DNA of 64,000 nt, from assembly GCA_002811645.1 (NCBI GenBank), contig PDIP01000018.1:21609-85608 (forward strand). The letters run 5' to 3'. Origin of the DNA: Corallochytrium limacisporum Hawaii. Its lineage: Eukaryota; Protista; Pluriformea. A model generated the notes under the pieces. That model had not been told where the DNA came from, did not search any database, and was given only the letters and a program-made list of their open reading frames with translations. Below are positions 31,313 through 40,178 of the stretch, piece after piece (position 1 is the first letter of the stretch; each line of letters begins with the position of its first letter). Position numbers and translations under genes: made by a program.

Positions 31313-33610
31313 TCAACGATTGACCACCTCCATAGCATCAGCGTTGCACAAGCTGAGCATATAGGGCAAATCATTCTTCTTCAGGTCCACCTTCATTTCC
31401 TCTTTTCCGTCGATTGCATGGATACAGTCAGATATGACGGCGATGTTGTGTGTGCACATTTCAGAAATCCTGTTGTGTTCCTCAACAAGTACTCGGCGGA
31501 CAAAATAACTCACTGAAGGTCCACTTTGCAGCTGGTCTGCTATCTTGTCAGCGGTGCGTACGGCTTCCCTGAACAGTTCCTGAGCCTCCTCCAATTTCTT
31601 CATCAGTGCTCTACCACTTAAATCCTTGAGCTCCGCAAATTCTTCCCTCGTTTCGGTGTAGGAGAGTTGCTTGGGCGCCTTGATGTGTAGAAACGCAATT
31701 GGACGGTGAGCAAAGCGTACGCTTGCGTTGGGGAGCTCGTCCGTCACGGGGTCGGGAATGTTCTTCAGCTGCGCAAGAGGCACCAAACAAGCATGATAAG
31801 CCGAGAGCATGGATACTTGGCAGTCTAAACGAGCACGCAGACAAGCTGAGAGCAGGCTCCCACCTAGGGTTGACTTGAGATGCAGCTCGCGGGGAATCTC
31901 GGAATCCAAATCACTCTGAGTTCCGACACTGCCACCGTGAAGGCGGCCAAGTTCAATGGCCACAGATTTGCGTTTGAGCGCTCGGTCGTGCATGTCACGC
32001 TGGAAGGTGTTTAAGTTCCTCAGGCAAAGAATGAGGCTGGCAAGTTCACGCTGTGAGTACAAGTCATTTTGAAACTGGCCACGGATAAGAAGAATCATGA
32101 CGTAGACCTTCCAGGTCAGAGAGTAGTTGTAGATTGGCATCCAGGAATCCGAAAAGTATTCTTCAACCATCTGAGCTGAGACAGTTTTCATCTCGTCAAT
32201 AATTTCTATCTCCCTTGGGTACACTTCCTCTTCTGTGAACTTCTCCCACTTCTGGAGCAAGTCAAGAAGCAGGTCAAGTTGGGAAGCGGGTAGGACTGCC
32301 ATGGCCTTTACAGTAACCTGAATGTGTTGGGTTAATCCTTCCATCAAGGTCCTCAGTGGCTGTGTTATGTTTTCATTCTTGTGGAATGATTCATAAAGCT
32401 CTGCACGGCTGGGGTCCAGTAGCGGTAAGCCGGACCAGCGATACAGATCCGCAACCGCCTCGGAAATCTTGTTACAAGACGGTCCCATCGACTTGAGGAC
32501 CATAACTGATCGACTAATAATGTCCGGACTACGATTATAGGAATAGTAGTAAAGAAAATCATGGAGACCGCCAGAGTCTGGCCAACCAAATTGACAGGCC
32601 TGGCACCACAGGTCCATGGCCTCGCTGGCTGCGTCAATGATATCTGGGTTGAATCGAAACAGGTTTTTCCGCTGACGGGCGATAGGTAGAGTTGGTGCCA
32701 CATTACGAAGAATGGTTGCATCAAAGCCGAGCCAAATGTTGGTGCTGTCCATGGGGGGCATTGCTTTGAGCACTCGGGCCTCTATCTCTTGCACCTCTTC
32801 CGAGTCCTTGAGCTCACGGAAGTATTGCTGCGCTTTAGCACAGTCGTCCAATACGCCAAAAAGCAGCCTGGCACCCCCTTTCCCGAGCTCAATAGCCCGT
32901 CCAGAAACTTCAAAGGCCTTCGTTCGGGTCGCCGTGTATACGGCAATGAGTGTGGCGCGATGGCTCAGTGCCTTCCATTTCCACACATCGGGATCGCCCC
33001 TAGCCTCACTCTCGGCAAGTCGATTCTCAACACGCTTCTTGAACTTTGCCAACTCGTCCGCAGTGGGCATTTCCAGATATGGAGGGCAGAATTCTTTCGG
33101 CGTGGGGAACGAGATACTTTCATGCTGACTAAGGCCTGCCATGCGGGCAACCATAGTGAGTCTCTGAACACTCACAGTAAGGGCGACTACAGGTACCCGT
33201 AGTAGGTCATCCTTGATCAGAGTTGGGTCATGCATGTACAAACAGGAAAGAATCGTATAGGCAGGTTGCAGACCGTTCCGGGTCCAAAGTACAGCACCGT
33301 GAATTAACCGATCGAATATGTACGATAGATGCAAAGGATCAAAATCGTCCACTTTGACATATCCCTTGTCAAAAGCCTGCATTGGTGATTTTATCCGTAC
33401 ATCCCTTTCATCACGCATACCGAAATCCATAGTCGGGTTCATGATTGGCCTTGCACGAGCAACCGCCTGGAGGTCAAAGTTTTCATCCGAATGGAGCATT
33501 TCTCCCTTATACAGGCTGCTCTGGCAGGCACCTATGAACTGTTTCGAAATTTCCTGCCATCTCGGTTCACCCGATTGCAGTGGTTGCGCAGCTCGGTTAG
33601 GTTGTGTCAT
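31313..33610 (-). CDS. Divergent Mak10/NAA35-like protein (paralog B)
   Basis: WQEISKQF..AC...GEML....F.L, MNPTMDFG, PAYTILSCLYMH, DVWKWKAL, NIWLGFD, RSPDIISRS, WMPIY. Confidence 0.8.
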   Translation of the reverse strand: MTQPNRAAQPLQSGEPRWQEISKQFIGACQSSLYKGEMLHSDENFDLQAVARARPIMNPTMDFGMRDERDVRIKSPMQAFDKGYVKVDDFDPLHLSYIFDRLIHGAVLWTRNGLQPAYTILSCLYMHDPTLIKDDLLRVPVVALTVSVQRLTMVARMAGLSQHESISFPTPKEFCPPYLEMPTADELAKFKKRVENRLAESEARGDPDVWKWKALSHRATLIAVYTATRTKAFEVSGRAIELGKGGARLLFGVLDDCAKAQQYFRELKDSEEVQEIEARVLKAMPPMDSTNIWLGFDATILRNVAPTLPIARQRKNLFRFNPDIIDAASEAMDLWCQACQFGWPDSGGLHDFLYYYSYNRSPDIISRSVMVLKSMGPSCNKISEAVADLYRWSGLPLLDPSRAELYESFHKNENITQPLRTLMEGLTQHIQVTVKAMAVLPASQLDLLLDLLQKWEKFTEEEVYPREIEIIDEMKTVSAQMVEEYFSDSWMPIYNYSLTWKVYVMILLIRGQFQNDLYSQRELASLILCLRNLNTFQRDMHDRALKRKSVAIELGRLHGGSVGTQSDLDSEIPRELHLKSTLGGSLLSACLRARLDCQVSMLSAYHACLVPLAQLKNIPDPVTDELPNASVRFAHRPIAFLHIKAPKQLSYTETREEFAELKDLSGRALMKKLEEAQELFREAVRTADKIADQLQSGPSVSYFVRRVLVEEHNRISEMCTHNIAVISDCIHAIDGKEEMKVDLKKNDLPYMLSLCNADAMEVVNR

Positions 33611-34738
33611 AATTTTTTGTTTGGGTGCAATGATAGAATTTCACTTCGGTTTTGTGTGGAGAGGCTACGTATGCCTTTCGTACAGCAAGTAAATTTAGGA
33701 AAGATGGTACTAACAACGGGGTTGGGAGTTGGGGATCCGATTTTCGACGTGTCGTTTCCGAGTTCCTCGAACCTATCGAAATGCCCACGCGCCTCCTTCA
33801 AACCCCTAGATGCGTATACTAAGGAACCATTGCTGACCACTTCATTCCCATATGTGCTATATTGTATGCTGCCCCCTGAATTCCACTACACACTTTCACA
33901 ATAATTCCGTTCTGTCCTGGTAATCTCTAAAAGCACAAGTCAAAATAATGCAACTGAATACCTTTCCACTCGGCGTTACATTCCTGGAGACAATAGAGTG
34001 AAACAGGACTTGTTTGTGAACTCGGAAGAGGACTTTCAAATGCGCAATGCCATTCGATGATCGTTGTAAGCAACAGTGGTCCGCCTGGCCACCGCTGGAC
34101 AATTGATTGGAGTTGCGTTATTTTTATTCTCCGCCCGCAACCCCTTTCCTCCCGGAAGGAAAGGTTTTTGACAGCCGAGTAAGAGAGAAGGAGGGGAGGA
34201 GGCCAAAAAGGCAGGGAGGGAGGAGAGGGGTGGGGGCCCTTCCACTCGCAGCTGACGGGGAAGGGTGGGCAGGAGGTCTTTGGAGTTTGGCTGGGGCTCG
34301 CTATCGAACGAAGGACAATCGCATTAATGTATACCCGGTGTTGATCGAAGAAAAAGACGTTTCGGTCCCTCTACCGATACCTAGGGGGAGTTGTGGGGGG
34401 AGGGAAAGAAAAGGGAGAGGGGGGGGGGGCTTGCCTGTGCTATTGACGGATACGATCTGTGGAGTACGATAAACGGATGGACGTGAATGTTCTGCCTTTT
34501 GCCCTACCCCTGGAGGCACTGCGCAAGGAAACGACTGGGCGGGGGTCCGGTTTGTTGGCGGTCATGTGGTTACAGCGCATGGGTGAGAAAACACACGGGA
34601 ACCCCCCCGAGCAGGCCCCGAGGGGGTGGTCGGTGGGTTGGTTGGTTGGTTGCGGTGCGTCTTTGCATGCCGAACCACACAGAATTCAGTACTGCAAGGT
34701 GACTTACTGTTTCAATTTCTCTTTTATTGGTTGCGTTT

Positions 34739-37162
34739 TCATCGTGTTTGCTTCAAGACCTTCAAGGACGGCAGTTGCGGATGGTGGTCGTGGGTGAGGA
34801 CCATGGGCAATAGTTTGTTGGTCCTTTGTGCCATCATGGCCAGCTTGAGGGCCACGCTATTGGCCTTGCACACCTGGGCAAGTGCCTCATAGTCTTCTGC
34901 AACGGATTCTTCCACAAAGAACAAGCGTCTCCTGTTCGCAGCACCGGCCACCCCACGGATGTCGTCGATAATGGCACGACAGCGACGGTGTGATCGATCA
35001 AACATTTCCACAGCCTCTGACAGGCCATTCAGATCATTTGCATAGCGCTCGGCCATGGCGTCCTTAGCATTGACAAGATCATCATATCCAACTGGCTCTG
35101 GATTGTGAACAGTGAAAAAGGGGGCCATACGATGGTCATAGCGTGCACGGTCCACCTTGTAGACAATCTTGGGGACTGTGAGGAATCCGTGGTTTAGGAG
35201 AGCGTCCACTGCGCCGTTGTAGGCCCGCGTCATATTGGCGAGGGCACCGGAGCGCTGTAGCCGGCCTGCTGTGTCTAGTTTACATGACAATTTTGTCTTT
35301 AGGCCGAGATGGCGAGGTTTGCCCATGGCTTCCGCGACGTTTTCGGTGTTGAGCCGCTCCAGGATATTCCGTAGATCTTGACGACGCTGGTGAGCGGCTA
35401 AGTGGAGTCGATACTCAAAATCCGTTAAATAGCCTGCCCACCAGAGCATCTCTGAGTATTCACGTTGGTGGTAACATTCCAATTCAAAGCCGAGAAAGAT
35501 AACAAGTTGCATGACGTATACCTTCCAGATGATTGTGTACTGGTACAGCGGCATCCACATTGCACCGTCGGCGTTGAAGTAACCCTCGTACACGCTCGCC
35601 GCTGGCGACTTGCTCGCCACGTTGGAGGCGATCAGCTCAAGCATCTTCTTTTCGTCGCGTTCGACCTGCTGCGACAGTTCTTCCCATTGCCGAAGGAGGT
35701 GCACGGCCTTTCGACGCTGACGTCCGCGGTTGGCGCACAGAACCTTCAGCGTGGACAGCATCTGGTTGGTGATAGAATCAAGAATCTTTACCAGGGCACT
35801 AGTGACCAAGGGAGAGTCCGTGAACGGCTTGAGTAAACCGGTCGTACTATTGATTACCAAGGGCAGTCCGCACCATGCGTGTATGTCGCAGACGACAGGC
35901 TCTGGATCTGACACTATAGGCTGAGGGGGACGACCCAGCAGTGGTGCAGGATAAATCGACAATTGGGTGCAGTACAGTGACCGACTCAAGATGTCAGGAC
36001 TTCGTTTGGGAATAATATAATACAGGAAGTCCACACTGCTACCCACAGCGAACACATCCAGCTGGGCGCCGACGTGCCAATCCTTAATGTCCTCCGCCCA
36101 CCGCGCCACGCTATCCACAAACCTGCAATTTTCTCGTTCGATCAGCCTTGGTGGCATAGGCGAGATGAGGTGCCTGTTTGCTGTGGGATCCCATCCCAGC
36201 CAGATGTTGATGCCGTGGAATGTCGGGTATGACATCCACACCCTGTCCTCCACCTCTGGCGTCAGCAAAATATCCTCTAGTACCCTACCTATGGCTTCGA
36301 GATCCTTCTCCACTACAGCATCAACCTGCGCTAAAAACTGTTGGGCATCTTCGAGGGTATTCTGACCCTGCAATGAGTATGATCCAATGCGCAGCAGCGA
36401 TCTGCACACGACTAAGTAGGCATCACAGCGGTTCCGCAAAGCCTGCCACTGCCATGCGTCTGGTCGTCCTAAGTCCACGCGCGCCTCTGCCTCGTCCCTT
36501 TTTTGCATCAGCAACTCTTCACATTCCTTCAACAATGGTCCTTGCGGGCCAGGATCGGGCATCTGCATTCCTACCGTGGGTAGAATAAGGTCTTCCTCTT
36601 CGTACAGGCCCACGTAACGTGTCAGTTCGATGATATGTGCTAGGCTGCTTGCAATACCGCACATCAATGACTTCATTAGAGGATCCACGATCTTGCTTGG
36701 CTCATGTAGGTAGAGGCAGGCGTAGATGGTCTGCCCCGGGTGGCCTGTGAAAGACCGCCACTCAATTGCGTTGTGCAGGAGACGATCCATCACGTAGCAG
36801 TATTCCAACGGTGTGAAGTCCTGAATTTTGATCCACTTCCTTGAGATAGCCTTGGCCACACCCCCAATCCGAGTCTCTCCTACCTTTCTAACGCCGGCAT
36901 CCATTTTGACATTCATAGCCTCCGGTGCTGACATCGCCTCCATGAGATTGAAGCGCGTTGTGCAAACCATCTCGCCCTCGACCAGGCCTCCTTCGCAAGC
37001 TTCCAAGAATTCCTTGGCAGCATCGCACCATTGTCCTCTAGATGGTGCCTGCCATGTGTTGACTATTGTTTCACCTTTCTGTTGTGTGCCTGTATCTAGA
37101 CTTAGCTGGGCAACGCCCTGTGACGGCGCATCTGCCGATCCATTTGTGAAGCGTCCAGACAT
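34739..37162 (-). CDS. NAA35: NatC N-terminal acetyltransferase auxiliary subunit Mak10/NAA35 (most canonical copy, paralog A)
   Basis: FNLMEAMSAPEAMNVKMDAG, GQTIYACLYLH, YEEEDL, NRGRQRRK, LGFELECY..REY...WW..YL, RYDHRMAPF. First ATG is 37162. Confidence 0.87.
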   Translation of the reverse strand: MSGRFTNGSADAPSQGVAQLSLDTGTQQKGETIVNTWQAPSRGQWCDAAKEFLEACEGGLVEGEMVCTTRFNLMEAMSAPEAMNVKMDAGVRKVGETRIGGVAKAISRKWIKIQDFTPLEYCYVMDRLLHNAIEWRSFTGHPGQTIYACLYLHEPSKIVDPLMKSLMCGIASSLAHIIELTRYVGLYEEEDLILPTVGMQMPDPGPQGPLLKECEELLMQKRDEAEARVDLGRPDAWQWQALRNRCDAYLVVCRSLLRIGSYSLQGQNTLEDAQQFLAQVDAVVEKDLEAIGRVLEDILLTPEVEDRVWMSYPTFHGINIWLGWDPTANRHLISPMPPRLIERENCRFVDSVARWAEDIKDWHVGAQLDVFAVGSSVDFLYYIIPKRSPDILSRSLYCTQLSIYPAPLLGRPPQPIVSDPEPVVCDIHAWCGLPLVINSTTGLLKPFTDSPLVTSALVKILDSITNQMLSTLKVLCANRGRQRRKAVHLLRQWEELSQQVERDEKKMLELIASNVASKSPAASVYEGYFNADGAMWMPLYQYTIIWKVYVMQLVIFLGFELECYHQREYSEMLWWAGYLTDFEYRLHLAAHQRRQDLRNILERLNTENVAEAMGKPRHLGLKTKLSCKLDTAGRLQRSGALANMTRAYNGAVDALLNHGFLTVPKIVYKVDRARYDHRMAPFFTVHNPEPVGYDDLVNAKDAMAERYANDLNGLSEAVEMFDRSHRRCRAIIDDIRGVAGAANRRRLFFVEESVAEDYEALAQVCKANSVALKLAMMAQRTNKLLPMVLTHDHHPQLPSLKVLKQTR

Positions 37163-38163
37163 ACCACTAGACCACACTGTCGAATAGGTACGGTATTTCG
37201 GCCTGTAGTTTTGCAAAGTTACTTATGGTTCTATGGTACAATATTCAACCCCAACTCAACTCCATCATCTTATTTCGAGGCAACGTACAGACCCTTTCGT
37301 CCCTACGAACTCATCAAAACAAATAACTGTTGACAACTATATTGTACAAGGAAACGCAGACCTCACAGGGATCTTGAATCTTGACTTATTTCAACGAAGC
37401 GTCTTCGCGCTCTTTTCAGTCTCTATTCAGAGTGCCTCAAATACCGGAAATGATGATGCGGCAAAAGCCTGCACAACCTCGCAGACCGCGCTACCCAAAA
37501 CACTTGCAGACGTACGCACGCACGCACGCACGCACGCAACCCATACCAGTGCCTCTCCAACCCAGGGTCTCAGGGGAGGGCCCTTTCAATTTCCGCACCT
37601 TCCGCTGCCATTCCTCCACCCGTGGGGCAAAAGGGAAGTCTCCGTCTCTTGGGGGGAGGAGGGAAGAGAGGGGGGGGGGGAGAAGAGACCGCGCGATCTT
37701 TGAGGTCCCGCCCACCCCGAAAACCCCCATCGGTTCTCCCCGCCGCTTCTCAGCAAGGTCGGTGGGACGGCCCTTCCACAGTGGGACGGTGATGAAGGCG
37801 GCATCGCAACTTTGGCACCCATCCGCCACCTGCGGTAGTACGGGCATCGCATTTATTCCGGTCAGGTTTTGGTTTTGGGCTCTGGAAGCATAGATTGGAA
37901 TGATCGGGTGCATCGATCTGACAGAAGCACACCAAGACACACTTGAGATGTCCAGGGCATACGCACTATTTCTGTCATCGATCTGAATTCGCAGTGGGTC
38001 ATTCACCATGAGTAAGAGGAGCCAGAGATGAGGCCTAAGGAAGTTTGCAAGTTGGTACCAATGCGTAGATCATGTTAAGCACTGCTATAGTCTGTATTTC
38101 CCATTGGATTTTGTTCTTTACGACCTGTCCGAGCGTGTTGAAGATCCGGAACGTCGCAGTAGC

Positions 38164-38688
38164 TCACACAGGCGGTGCTGTCTTCACAGGGAAGAGTTTG
38201 CTTTGTTTTGTTTCTACACTAGTGACCGGAAACGATGGAACTTCTACGACTTCTCCAGACTTCTTGTCGTTGTCTGTAGTCACTGCGTGTTGGTTTCCGT
38301 CATACTCTGCATTGCTCTCTTTGATCGATTTTTTGAACTTTCTAACAACACACAAGACGGATAGCAACAGCAAAGCCACGAGAACAACCACGACGACAAC
38401 CAGGGCGATGAACCCACTTCCCAGACCATCATCATCGCCTGAGCTGGATTCCTCATTCCCATCGCCTGTTTCAATCTCTGTGCAGTTAATCCCGTCACCC
38501 TCATAGCCTTCTAAACACTCGCAAAAGAAGCCGCCTGAAGTTTGAACGCATTTTGCATTGTCGCCGCAGACATCACCTGCGGCTCCTTGGCAAAGACTGT
38601 CTTGCCCTACAGCAATGCCTGATAAAGTTCCGAGGATCAACGCCAGCACGAACAGCTGCTGGCCATTGTCCATTCGGAGCATTCTCAT
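38164..38688 (-). CDS. Small type-I membrane protein: signal peptide, one EGF-like domain, TM helix, short cytoplasmic tail
   Basis: Six-Cys EGF pattern CQGAAGDVCGDNAKCVQTSGGFFCECLEGYEGDGINC; TM FIALVVVVVVLVALLLLSVLCVV followed by basic RKFKK. Confidence 0.85.
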   Translation of the reverse strand: MRMLRMDNGQQLFVLALILGTLSGIAVGQDSLCQGAAGDVCGDNAKCVQTSGGFFCECLEGYEGDGINCTEIETGDGNEESSSGDDDGLGSGFIALVVVVVVLVALLLLSVLCVVRKFKKSIKESNAEYDGNQHAVTTDNDKKSGEVVEVPSFPVTSVETKQSKLFPVKTAPPV

Positions 38689-40178
38689 TGGTACTCTCTT
38701 GGTTCCAGATGTCGCTCTACCATACGTTTGATTGCAATTCTATATATTCTGGATACTCAACCCAGATTTGTCACTTTGGCTACCATCGTATATCTGTTTC
38801 TTATCACCAACCTATGCTTTGACGTTACCGATCGCATTGGGGTCTCGCCATCGAACACAGCGATTAGATTCAGTGGCAGGATGTACTTGTTCTCCTACCT
38901 TGCCTAACCTAGTAGAGCACTTGCTAGTTCTTGGCCTGATTATCTATCTCGCAGGAATATGTACCGTTTGACAACAGGCAACAACGGCAAAGGTTTCTCA
39001 ATGCCGGTCGTATCGGCGATGATTGCCGCAAATCATTCCACGTCCTATGGAGACACCGCTCTGCCAGCAAGGCATGTGACCCACCCATTCCTGCGGGTTC
39101 ATTTCCCCCTACAAAAATACAGGCTGACGCAGCTGAGCGTTCCCCGAAGCGAAAATGTCTGACCGAGGATTCCTCCGGGCCAAAAGCGAAGGGGGGGGGG
39201 GGCGCAAGAGATCTGCACATCCAACGCAGAGCCGGGGAAGGTCCTCTATTTCTCTCGGTGATCACTTAAGAACGACAGCCCTGGTGGAACAAAAGAACGT
39301 GAAGAGGGGGGGGGGGGTTGAATGAATCTGCGCCATCGCTCAGCAAAATAGGGTCCTTCCAAACCCTTCGGGAGAAAGGCCGTGATCATCAACTCTCGGC
39401 CAGGGTTCCTCTGCCGGAAGCCATTCGGGGCATGACCGATGTAATTAGGCCCCTATCGATTCCTATAAAGCTTATATGATTTTGATTTTCAAGTCGTTCT
39501 GTAATGCTTCCGAGTCACGCACCGGCATTGTCGGTTTCATACTTTATGTACTGGGAACAATCTGATTGGGACAATCACTTCCTTAGCTTCCGTCCGGACG
39601 GGGGACCATAGTGAAAGTTGGTTGGAAGTTAATGGGATGCGCGGCTTCCGGGGAGTGGCGAGGCTTTTGGGGCTGTGTGTGGTTGAAACATCCCGTCGGG
39701 TGCCACCACCACCTCAGCAGAACCGCCTCGGGCAGAGGTTTTGAGAGTGTGACGATTTCTTTGGTGCTTTTTGCCACCGTGCCCGCGGGGGTCGGGAGGG
39801 GAGGAGGGGGGGGGGAGAAGAAGAGATGTGGCGAATAGTGACATCCGCCCTCCCGCTCTATATCGCACATAGCCACAGAAGATGTACTGGCGGCGCTCGG
39901 AGAGGAAGAGGGAGGAGATTGCCCTGGAGGAAAAGTCGGCAGCGTCGAAACGCGCCTATCTCTCCGGCGCATTGGGAGGTCTGCTGGCCTCATACTATAA
40001 GAGGTCTGTGTGATCTGAAATGCCCAGTGCTGTCTGAAAAGTTGCTACAGGAAGCATGTATGCGGTCTCACGGGATGTAGTAGAAAATGATTGCGGTGAC
40101 GTACTGATTGCAATCGGATGATACGTTTGTAACCCACAGAAACCACCTCATAGTGGGTCGGATACATACAGAGGAAAG

